From the human T2T-CHM13v2.0 reference genome, Homo sapiens, in NCBI RefSeq assembly GCF_009914755.1, contig NC_060946.1: 64,000 nt of DNA. One strand, written 5' to 3'. Numbering within the stretch: the stretch's first letter is position 1; each line of letters starts with the position of its first letter. Shown in pieces: positions 1 through 12,000 of the stretch. The notes below the pieces were generated by a model. That model was not told where the DNA came from. It did not search any database and was given only the letters and a program-made list of their open reading frames with translations. A program made the translations under genes and the position numbers.

Positions 1-2345
1 GAAAAAGACTGCTTCCAAACTGCTCAATGAAAGGAAATGGCCAACTATTAGAGATGAATGGAAATGTCACAAAGAGTTTTCTCAAAAAGCTACTGTGTCG
101 TTTTCATGTGAAGACATTGCCTTTGGCACCCTAGGCCTTAAAACTCTCTAAATGCACATTCACAGATTCTACAAAAAGACTGATTCCAAACTGCTCAATC
201 AGAAGAAGGGTTCAATTCCGTGTGACAAACGTGCACATCACCAAGAAATTTGTCAGAAAGCTTCTGTCTACTTTTTATGTGAAGATATTTCATATTTCAA
301 CAAAGGCCATAAAGGGCTCACAAATATCCCTTCGCAGATTCTAAGAAAAGACGTTTTCCAAACTCCTCACTCAAAAGAAAGGTTTAACACTGTGAGATGA
401 ATGGACACATCACGAAGAAGTTTCTCAGAAAGCTTCTGTCTAGTTTTTCTGTGAAGATATTTCTTTTTCACCATAGGCCTCAAGCAGCTAAGAAATTTCC
501 CTCTGCAGCTTCTACCAAAGGCTGTTTCCAAACTGCTCAACTGAAAGAAAGGTTGAATTCTGTGACATGAATTCACACATCACAAAGAGGTTTTTCAGAA
601 ATCTCCTGTCTGGTTTTTAGGTGAAGATACTTCCTTTTTCACCACGGGCCTCAAATATCTCCAAATATCCATTTGCAGATTCTACAGAAAGACTTTCCAA
701 ACTGCTCCATCAAAAGAAAGGTTCAACACTGTGAGATGAAGGCACACATCACCAAGAAGTTTCTCAGAAACCTTCTGTCTAGTTTTTAGGTGAAGATACT
801 TCGTATTTCACCACAGGCCATAAAGGGCTCACAAATATCCCTTTGCAGGTTCTACAAAAAGACTGTTTCCAAACTGCCCAATCAAAGGAGAGGTTCAACT
901 CTGTGACGTGAATGGACACATCACAAAAAATTTCTTAGAATGCTTCCGTCTAGTTCTTATGGGAAGATATTTCTCTTTCACCATAAGCCTCAAACGGATC
1001 AGAATTCTCCCTCTGCAGATTGTACGATAAGCCTCTTTCCAATCTGCTCAATCAAAAGAAAGTTTCCACTCGGTGAGGTGAATGCACACATCGCAAGGGA
1101 GTTTCTCAGAAAGCTTCTGTTTAGTTTTTACGTGAAGATATTTCGTTTTTCACCACGGGCCTCAAAAGCTCTCCAAATATCCATTTGCATATTCTAGAAA
1201 AAGAGTGTTTCCAAACTCCTCAATCAAAGGATAGTTTCAATTCTGTGAGACGAAAGCACACATCACAACGAAGTTTCTTAGAAAGCGTCTGTGAAGTTTT
1301 TATGTGAAGATACTTCACATTGCATCACAGTACTCAAGGGGCTCAGAAATATCCCCTTGCAGATCCTACAAAAGGACTGTTTCAAAACTGCTCAATCCAA
1401 AGAAAGTTTCAACTATGTGAGACGAATGCACACGTCACGAAGAAGTGCCTCAGAATGCTTCTGTCTAGTTTATATGTGAAGAAGATTCCTATTCCACCAT
1501 AGGCAATAAAGGGCTCACAAATATGTTTTGCAGATTCTACAAAAAGACTGTACCCAAACTGCTCAATAAAAAGAAAGTTTTAACTCTGTTAGGTTAATGG
1601 ACACATCAAAAAGTAGTTTCTCAGAAAACTTCTGTGTAGTTTTTATGTGAAGATATTTCCTTTGTCACCATTGGCCTCAAAGCACTCCTAATATCCATTT
1701 ACAGATGTCACAGAAAGAGTGTTTCCAAACTGCTCAATCAAAAGAAAGTGATTAACTCTGTGAGGTGAAAGCACACATCTCAAAGAAGTTTCTCCGAAAG
1801 CTTCGGTCTAGTTTTCATGTGATGATATTTCCAGTCTCACCATAGGCCTCAAAGGGCTAAGAAATATCCCTTTCCAGATTCTAAAAGACCACCATTTCCA
1901 TACTTCTCAATCAAAAGAAAGGTTACATTCTGTGAGGTTAATGCACACATCAGAATGAAGTTTCTCAGAATTCTCCTGTCTAGTTTTCATGGGAAGATAT
2001 TTACTATTTCACTCTAGGCTTCAAATGTCTCAAAAATATCCCTTTGCAGATTCTACAAAAATATGCTTTCCAAAGTGCTGAATTAAAAGAAACCTTCAAC
2101 TCTGTCCGATGAATGGAGAGGCATCACAACGAAGTTCCTCAGAATGCTTCTGTCTAGTTTAAATGTGAAGATATTTCTTTTTCACCATAGACCTCAAAGG
2201 GCTCAGAATTAGACCTTTGCAGATTGCAGAGAAAGACTGTCTCTAAACTGCTCAAATAAAATAAAGTTTCAACACGGTGAGATGAATGCACACATCACAA
2301 AGAAGTTCCTCAGAAAGCTTCTGTCTGGTTTTTATGTGAAGATAT

Positions 2346-2362
2346 TTCCTTTTTCACCATAG
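2346..2362 (+). other. pJ-alpha (A-box) motif, exact match TTCCTTTTTCACCATAG; recurs at the same offset in each HOR copy
   Basis: Matches the described pJ-alpha box TTCCTTTTYCACCRTAG at the monomer position where B-type monomers carry the CENP-B box. Confidence 0.8.
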
Positions 2363-3030
2363 GCCTTACACCGCTCACAAATATCCTTCTGCAGATACTA
2401 GAAAAAGACTGTTTCCAAACTGCTCCATCAAAAGAAAATTTCACCCATCTGAGATGAATGCACACATCATGAAGAAGTTCCTCAGAATTCTTCTGTCTAG
2501 TTTTTATGTGAAGATGTTTCCATTTTCACCTTAGGCCACAAAGCGCTCCAAACATCCGTTTGCAGATGATACGAAAAGACTGTTTCCAAACTGCTCAATC
2601 AAAAGAAATTTTCAACTCTGTGAGATGAGAGCACACATCACAAAAAAGTTTCTCAGAAATCTTCTGTCTCGCTTTTATCTCAAGATAATTCCTATTTTGC
2701 CATAGGAATCAAGGGGCTCACATATATCCCTTTGCGGATTCTACAAAAGTTCTCTTTACAAACTTCTCAATCAAAAGAAACGTTCAACATTGGGAGATGA
2801 ATGAACACATCCCAAAGAAGTTTCTCAGGTTGCTTCTGTCTGGTTGCTATGTGAAGATGTTTCCTTTTTCACCGTGGTCTTTAAGCCACTCAAACATACC
2901 TGTCTGCAGACTCTACAAAAAGACTGTTTCCAAACTGGCCCATATAGCATGTTTCAACTATGTGAAATGAATGCACTCATCAAAAAGAAGTTTCTCAGGA
3001 TTCTCCTGTCTAGTTTTTATGTGAAGATAT

Positions 3031-3047
3031 TTCCTTTTTCACCGTAG
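3031..3047 (+). other. pJ-alpha (A-box) motif, exact match TTCCTTTTTCACCGTAG; recurs per HOR copy (mutated in copy 8 at 27032)
   Basis: Exact match to TTCCTTTTYCACCRTAG read directly from the sequence. Copy 8 reads ...ttcactgtag. Confidence 0.8.
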
Positions 3048-6000
3048 GCCACAAATTGCTCCAAATATCCATTTGCAGATTCTACAAAAAGAATGTTCCC
3101 AAACTGGTCAATCAAAAGAAAGGCGCAACTCTGTGAGACGAAAGCACACATCACAAAGAAGTTTCCCGGAAAGCTTCTGTCTACATTTTATGTGAACGTA
3201 TTTCCTTTGGCACCATAGGCCTTAAACCGCTCGCAAATATAACTTCAATTAAACGACCTAGAGACTTTCTCCAGATTGCTAAATCAAAAGAAAGCTTCAA
3301 CTCTGTGAGATGAATACACACATCAAAAAGAAGTTTCTCAAAATGCTTCTGTCTAGTTTTCATGGGAAGATATTTATTTTTCACCGTTGGCCCCAAACCG
3401 CTCAGAAATATCCCTTTGCAGTTTGTAGAAAAAGACTGCTTCCAAACTGCTCAATGAAAGGAAATGGCCAACTATTAGAGATGAATGGAAATGTCACAAA
3501 GAGTTTTCTCAAAAAGCTACTGTGTCGTTTTCATGTGAAGACATTGCCTTTGGCACCCTAGGCCTTAAAACTCTCTAAATGCACATTCACAGATTCTACA
3601 AAAAGACTGATTCCAAACTGCTCAATCAGAAGAAGGGTTCAATTCCGTGTGACAAACGTGCACATCACCAAGAAATTTGTCAGAAAGCTTCTGTCTACTT
3701 TTTATGTGAAGATATTTCATATTTCAACAAAGGCCATAAAGGGCTCACAAATATCCCTTCGCAGATTCTAAGAAAAGACGTTTTCCAAACTCCTCACTCA
3801 AAAGAAAGGTTTAACACTGTGAGATGAATGGACACATCACGAAGAAGTTTCTCAGAAAGCTTCTGTCTAGTTTTTCTGTGAAGATATTTCTTTTTCACCA
3901 TAGGCCTCAAGCAGCTAAGAAATTTCCCTCTGCAGCTTCTACCAAAGGCTGTTTCCAAACTGCTCAACTGAAAGAAAGGTTGAATTCTGTGACATGAATT
4001 CACACATCACAAAGAGGTTTTTCAGAAATCTCCTGTCTGGTTTTTAGGTGAAGATACTTCCTTTTTCACCACGGGCCTCAAATATCTCCAAATATCCATT
4101 TGCAGATTCTACAGAAAGACTTTCCAAACTGCTCCATCAAAAGAAAGGTTCAACACTGTGAGATGAAGGCACACATCACCAAGAAGTTTCTCAGAAACCT
4201 TCTGTCTAGTTTTTAGGTGAAGATACTTCGTATTTCACCACAGGCCATAAAGGGCTCACAAATATCCCTTTGCAGGTTCTACAAAAAGACTGTTTCCAAA
4301 CTGCCCAATCAAAGGAGAGGTTCAACTCTGTGACGTGAATGGACACATCACAAAAAATTTCTTAGAATGCTTCCGTCTAGTTCTTATGGGAAGATATTTC
4401 TCTTTCACCATAAGCCTCAAACGGATCAGAATTCTCCCTCTGCAGATTGTACGATAAGCCTCTTTCCAATCTGCTCAATCAAAAGAAAGTTTCCACTCGG
4501 TGAGGTGAATGCACACATCGCAAGGGAGTTTCTCAGAAAGCTTCTGTTTAGTTTTTACGTGAAGATATTTCGTTTTTCACCACGGGCCTCAAAAGCTCTC
4601 CAAATATCCATTTGCATATTCTAGAAAAAGAGTGTTTCCAAACTCCTCAATCAAAGGATAGTTTCAATTCTGTGAGACGAAAGCACACATCACAACGAAG
4701 TTTCTTAGAAAGCGTCTGTGAAGTTTTTATGTGAAGATACTTCACATTGCATCACAGTACTCAAGGGGCTCAGAAATATCCCCTTGCAGATCCTACAAAA
4801 GGACTGTTTCAAAACTGCTCAATCCAAAGAAAGTTTCAACTATGTGAGACGAATGCACACGTCACGAAGAAGTGCCTCAGAATGCTTCTGTCTAGTTTAT
4901 ATGTGAAGAAGATTCCTATTCCACCATAGGCAATAAAGGGCTCACAAATATGTTTTGCAGATTCTACAAAAAGACTGTATCCAAACTGCTCAATAAAAAG
5001 AAAGTTTTAACTCTGTTAGGTTAATGGACACATCAAAAAGTAGTTTCTCAGAAAACTTCTGTGTAGTTTTTATGTGAAGATATTTCCTTTGTCACCATTG
5101 GCCTCGAAGCACTCCTAATATCCATTTACAGATGTCACAGAAAGAGTGTTTCCAAACTGCTCAATCAAAAGAAAGTGTTTAACTCTGTGAGGTGAAAGCA
5201 CACATCTCAAAGAAGTTTCTCCGAAAGCTTCGGTCTAGTTTTCATGTGATGATATTTCCAGTCTCACCATAGGCCTCAAAGGGCTAAGAAATATCCCTTT
5301 CCAGATTCTAAAAGACCACCATTTCCATACTTCTCAATCAAAAGAAAGGTTACATTCTGTGAGGTTAATGCACACATCAGAATGAAGTTTCTCAGAATTC
5401 TCCTGTCTAGTTTTCATGGGAAGATATTTACTATTTCACTCTAGGCTTCAAATGTCTCAAAAATATCCCTTTGCAGATTCTACAAAAATATGCTTTCCAA
5501 AGTGCTGAATTAAAAGAAACCTTCAACTCTGTCCGATGAATGGAGAGGCATCACAACGAAGTTCCTCAGAATGCTTCTGTCTAGTTTAAATGTGAAGATA
5601 TTTCTTTTTCACCATAGACCTCAAAGGGCTCAGAATTAGACCTTTGCAGATTGCAGAGAAAGACTGTCTCTAAACTGCTCAAATAAAATAAAGTTTCAAC
5701 ACGGTGAGATGAATGCACACATCACAAAGAAGTTCCTCAGAAAGCTTCTGTCTGGTTTTTATGTGAAGATATTTCCTTTTTCACCATAGGCCTTACACCG
5801 CTCACAAATATCCTTCTGCAGATACTAGAAAAAGACTGTTTCCAAACTGCTCCATCAAAAGAAAATTTCACCCATCTGAGATGAATGCACACATCATAAA
5901 GAAGTTCCTCAGAATTCTTCTGTCTAGTTTTTATGTGAAGATGTTTCCATTTTCACCTTAGGCCACAAAGCGCTCCAAACATCCGTTTGCAGATGATACG

Positions 6001-9000
6001 AAAAGACTGTTTCCAAACTGCTCAATCAAAAGAAATTTTCAACTCTGTGAGATGAGAGCACACATCACAAAAAAGTTTCTCAGAAATCTTCTGTCTCGCT
6101 TTTATCTCAAGATAATTCCTATTTTGCCATAGGAATCAAGGGGCTCACATATATCCCTTTGCGGATTCTACAAAAGTTCTCTTTACAAACTTCTCAATCA
6201 AAAGAAACGTTCAACATTGGGAGATGAATGAACACATCCCAAAGAAGTTTCTCAGGTTGCTTCTGTCTGGTTGCTATGTGAAGATGTTTCCTTTTTCACC
6301 ATGGTCTTTAAGCCACTCAAACATACCTGTCTGCAGACTCTACAAAAAGACTGTTTCCAAACTGGCCCATATAGCATGTTTCAACTATGTGAAATGAATG
6401 CACTCATCAAAAAGAAGTTTCTCAGGATTCTCCTGTCTAGTTTTTATGTGAAGATATTTCCTTTTTCACCGTAGGCCACAAATTGCTCCAAATATCCATT
6501 TGCAGATTCTACAAAAAGAATGTTCCCAAACTGGTCAATCAAAAGAAAGGCGCAACTCTGTGAGACGAAAGCACACATCACAAAGAAGTTTCCCGGAAAG
6601 CTTCTGTCTACATTTTATGTGAACGTATTTCCTTTGGCACCATAGGCCTTAAACCGCTCGCAAATATAACTCCAATTAAACGACCTAGAGACTTTCTCCA
6701 GATTGCTAAATCAAAAGAAAGGTTCAACTCTGTGAGATGAATACACACATCAAAAAGAAGTTTCTCAAAATGCTTCTGTCTAGTTTTCATGGGAAGATAT
6801 TTATTTTTCACCGTTGGCCCCAAACCGCTCAGAAATATCCCTTTGCAGTTTGTAGAAAAAGACTGCTTCCAAACTGCTCAATGAAAGGAAATGGCCAACT
6901 ATTAGAGATGAATGGAAATGTCACAAAGAGTTTTCTCAAAAAGCTACTGTGTCGTTTTCATGTGAAGACATTGCCTTTGGCACCCTAGGCCTTAAAACTC
7001 TCTAAATGCACATTCACAGATTCTACAAAAAGACTGATTCCAAACTGCTCAATCAGAAGAAGGGTTCAATTCCGTGTGACAAACGTGCACATCACCAAGA
7101 AATTTGTCAGAAAGCTTCTGTCTACTTTTTATGTGAAGATATTTCATATTTCAACAAAGGCCATAAAGGGCTCACAAATATCCCTTCGCAGATTCTAAGA
7201 AAAGACGTTTTCCAAACTCCTCACTCAAAAGAAAGGTTTAACACTGTGAGATGAATGGACACATCACGAAGAAGTTTCTCAGAAAGCTTCTGTCTAGTTT
7301 TTCTGTGAAGATATTTCTTTTTCACCATAGGCCTCAAGCAGCTAAGAAATTTCCCTCTGCAGCTTCTACCAAAGGCTGTTTCCAAACTGCTCAACTGAAA
7401 GAAAGGTTGAATTCTGTGACATGAATTCACACATCACAAAGAGGTTTTTCAGAAATCTCCTGTCTGGTTTTTAGGTGAAGATACTTCCTTTTTCACCACG
7501 GGCCTCAAATATCTCCAAATATCCATTTGCAGATTCTACAGAAAGACTTTCCAAACTGCTCCATCAAAAGAAAGGTTCAACACTGTGAGATGAAGGCACA
7601 CATCACCAAGAAGTTTCTCAGAAACCTTCTGTCTAGTTTTTAGGTGAAGATACTTCGTATTTCACCACAGGCCATAAAGGGCTCACAAATATCCCTTTGC
7701 AGGTTCTACAAAAAGACTGTTTCCAAACTGCCCAATCAAAGGAGAGGTTCAACTCTGTGACGTGAATGGACACATCACAAAAAATTTCTTAGAATGCTTC
7801 CGTCTAGTTCTTATGGGAAGATATTTCTCTTTCACCATAAGCCTCAAACGGATCAGAATTCTCCCTCTGCAGATTGTACGATAAGCCTCTTTCCAATCTG
7901 CTCAATCAAAAGAAAGTTTCCACTCGGTGAGGTGAATGCACACATCGCAAGGGAGTTTCTCAGAAAGCTTCTGTTTAGTTTTTACGTGAAGATATTTCGT
8001 TTTTCACCACGGGCCTCAAAAGCTCTCCAAATATCCATTTGCATATTCTAGAAAAAGAGTGTTTCCAAACTCCTCAATCAAAGGATAGTTTCAATTCTGT
8101 GAGACGAAAGCACACATCACAACGAAGTTTCTTAGAAAGCGTCTGTGAAGTTTTTATGTGAAGATACTTCACATTGCATCACAGTACTCAAGGGGCTCAG
8201 AAATATCCCCTTGCAGATCCTACAAAAGGACTGTTTCAAAACTGCTCAATCCAAAGAAAGTTTCAACTATGTGAGACGAATGCACACGTCACGAAGAAGT
8301 GCCTCAGAATGCTTCTGTCTAGTTTATATGTGAAGAAGATTCCTATTCCACCATAGGCAATAAAGGGCTCACAAATATGTTTTGCAGATTCTACAAAAAG
8401 ACTGTACCCAAACTGCTCAATAAAAAGAAAGTTTTAACTCTGTTAGGTTAATGGACACATCAAAAAGTAGTTTCTCAGAAAACTTCTGTGTAGTTTTTAT
8501 GTGAAGATATTTCCTTTGTCACCATTGGCCTCAAAGCACTCCTAATATCCATTTACAGATGTCACAGAAAGAGTGTTTCCAAACTGCTCAATCAAAAGAA
8601 AGTGATTAACTCTGTGAGGTGAAAGCACACATCTCAAAGAAGTTTCTCCGAAAGCTTCGGTCTAGTTTTCATGTGATGATATTTCCAGTCTCACCATAGG
8701 CCTCAAAGGGCTAAGAAATATCCCTTTCCAGATTCTAAAAGACCACCATTTCCATACTTCTCAATCAAAAGAAAGGTTACATTCTGTGAGGTTAATGCAC
8801 ACATCAGAATGAAGTTTCTCAGAATTCTCCTGTCTAGTTTTCATGGGAAGATATTTACTATTTCACTCTAGGCTTCAAATGTCTCAAAAATATCCCTTTG
8901 CAGATTCTACAAAAATATGCTTTCCAAAGTGCTGAATTAAAAGAAACCTTCAACTCTGTCCGATGAATGGAGAGGCATCACAACGAAGTTCCTCAGAATG

Positions 9001-12000
9001 CTTCTGTCTAGTTTAAATGTGAAGATATTTCTTTTTCACCATAGACCTCAAAGGGCTCAGAATTAGACCTTTGCAGATTGCAGAGAAAGACTGTCTCTAA
9101 ACTGCTCAAATAAAATAAAGTTTCAACACGGTGAGATGAATGCACACATCACAAAGAAGTTCCTCAGAAAGCTTCTGTCTGGTTTTTATGTGAAGATATT
9201 TCCTTTTTCACCATAGGCCTTACACCGCTCACAAATATCCTTCTGCAGATACTAGAAAAAGACTGTTTCCAAACTGCTCCATCAAAAGAAAATTTCACCC
9301 ATCTGAGATGAATGCACACATCATAAAGAAGTTCCTCAGAATTCTTCTGTCTAGTTTTTATGTGAAGATGTTTCCATTTTCACCTTAGGCCACAAAGCGC
9401 TCCAAACATCCGTTTGCAGATGATACGAAAAGACTGTTTCCAAACTGCTCAATCAAAAGAAATTTTCAACTCTGTGAGATGAGAGCACACATCACAAAAA
9501 AGTTTCTCAGAAATCTTCTGTCTCGCTTTTATCTCAAGATAATTCCTATTTTGCCATAGGAATCAAGGGGCTCACATATATCCCTTTGCGGATTCTACAA
9601 AAGTTCTCTTTACAAACTTCTCAATCAAAAGAAACGTTCAACATTGGGAGATGAATGAACACATCCCAAAGAAGTTTCTCAGGTTGCTTCTGTCTGGTTG
9701 CTATGTGAAGATGTTTCCTTTTTCACCATGGTCTTTAAGCCACTCAAACATACCTGTCTGCAGACTCTACAAAAAGACTGTTTCCAAACTGGCCCATATA
9801 GCATGTTTCAACTATGTGAAATGAATGCACTCATCAAAAAGAAGTTTCTCAGGATTCTCCTGTCTAGTTTTTATGTGAAGATATTTCCTTTTTCACCGTA
9901 GGCCACAAATTGCTCCAAATATCCATTTGCAGATTCTACAAAAAGAATGTTCCCAAACTGGTCAATCAAAAGAAAGGCGCAACTCTGTGAGACGAAAGCA
10001 CACATCACAAAGAAGTTTCCCGGAAAGCTTCTGTCTACATTTTATGTGAACGTATTTCCTTTGGCACCATAGGCCTTAAACCGCTCGCAAATATAACTTC
10101 AATTAAACGACCTAGAGACTTTCTCCAGATTGCTAAATCAAAAGAAAGCTTCAACTCTGTGAGATGAATACACACATCAAAAAGAAGTTTCTCAAAATGC
10201 TTCTGTCTAGTTTTCATGGGAAGATATTTATTTTTCACCGTTGGCCCCAAACCGCTCAGAAATATCCCTTTGCAGTTTGTAGAAAAAGACTGCTTCCAAA
10301 CTGCTCAATGAAAGGAAATGGCCAACTATTAGAGATGAATGGAAATGTCACAAAGAGTTTTCTCAAAAAGCTACTGTGTCGTTTTCATGTGAAGACATTG
10401 CCTTTGGCACCCTAGGCCTTAAAACTCTCTAAATGCACATTCACAGATTCTACAAAAAGACTGATTCCAAACTGCTCAATCAGAAGAAGGGTTCAATTCC
10501 GTGTGACAAACGTGCACATCACCAAGAAATTTGTCAGAAAGCTTCTGTCTACTTTTTATGTGAAGATATTTCATATTTCAACAAAGGCCATAAAGGGCTC
10601 ACAAATATCCCTTCGCAGATTCTAAGAAAAGACGTTTTCCAAACTCCTCACTCAAAAGAAAGGTTTAACACTGTGAGATGAATGGACACATCACGAAGAA
10701 GTTTCTCAGAAAGCTTCTGTCTAGTTTTTCTGTGAAGATATTTCTTTTTCACCATAGGCCTCAAGCAGCTAAGAAATTTCCCTCTGCAGCTTCTACCAAA
10801 GGCTGTTTCCAAACTGCTCAACTGAAAGAAAGGTTGAATTCTGTGACATGAATTCACACATCACAAAGAGGTTTTTCAGAAATCTCCTGTCTGGTTTTTA
10901 GGTGAAGATACTTCCTTTTTCACCACGGGCCTCAAATATCTCCAAATATCCATTTGCAGATTCTACAGAAAGACTTTCCAAACTGCTCCATCAAAAGAAA
11001 GGTTCAACACTGTGAGATGAAGGCACACATCACCAAGAAGTTTCTCAGAAACCTTCTGTCTAGTTTTTAGGTGAAGATACTTCGTATTTCACCACAGGCC
11101 ATAAAGGGCTCACAAATATCCCTTTGCAGGTTCTACAAAAAGACTGTTTCCAAACTGCCCAATCAAAGGAGAGGTTCAACTCTGTGACGTGAATGGACAC
11201 ATCACAAAAAATTTCTTAGAATGCTTCCGTCTAGTTCTTATGGGAAGATATTTCTCTTTCACCATAAGCCTCAAACGGATCAGAATTCTCCCTCTGCAGA
11301 TTGTACGATAAGCCTCTTTCCAATCTGCTCAATCAAAAGAAAGTTTCCACTCGGTGAGGTGAATGCACACATCGCAAGGGAGTTTCTCAGAAAGCTTCTG
11401 TTTAGTTTTTACGTGAAGATATTTCGTTTTTCACCACGGGCCTCAAAAGCTCTCCAAATATCCATTTGCATATTCTAGAAAAAGAGTGTTTCCAAACTCC
11501 TCAATCAAAGGATAGTTTCAATTCTGTGAGACGAAAGCACACATCACAACGAAGTTTCTTAGAAAGCGTCTGTGAAGTTTTTATGTGAAGATACTTCACA
11601 TTGCATCACAGTACTCAAGGGGCTCAGAAATATCCCCTTGCAGATCCTACAAAAGGACTGTTTCAAAACTGCTCAATCCAAAGAAAGTTTCAACTATGTG
11701 AGACGAATGCACACGTCACGAAGAAGTGCCTCAGAATGCTTCTGTCTAGTTTATATGTGAAGAAGATTCCTATTCCACCATAGGCAATAAAGGGCTCACA
11801 AATATGTTTTGCAGATTCTACAAAAAGACTGTATCCAAACTGCTCAATAAAAAGAAAGTTTTAACTCTGTTAGGTTAATGGACACATCAAAAAGTAGTTT
11901 CTCAGAAAACTTCTGTGTAGTTTTTATGTGAAGATATTTCCTTTGTCACCATTGGCCTCAAAGCACTCCTAATATCCATTTACAGATGTCACAGAAAGAG

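Larger units (their letters stand above)
1..3427 (-). repeat. Representative HOR unit (copy 1): 20 diverged alphoid monomers of ~169-173 bp
   Basis: The homologous 'ccaaactgctc'-type anchor falls at about 15, 186, 358, 528, 697, 869, 1039, 1211, 1383, 1554, 1725, 1898, 2070, 2243, 2415, 2586, 2758, 2930, 3099 and 3271, and returns at 3442 (=15+3427). That gives 20 monomers with a mean of 171.35 bp. Monomers are clearly diverged from each other, while same-position monomers in different copies are near-identical. Confidence 0.96.

Noticed and set aside
418-431. Heat-shock-element-like GAAnnTTC...GAA in each monomer
   Set aside because: The third unit is out of phase by one base relative to nGAAnnTTCnnGAAn, so it is not a canonical HSE.
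1131-1165. CpG-containing box (atttcgtttttcaccacggg) superficially like a CENP-B box
   Set aside because: It has TTCG...CGGG but fails NTTCGNNNNANNCGGGN in spacing and at the internal A. It is also on the opposite strand from where a true box would read, so it is a diverged A-box.
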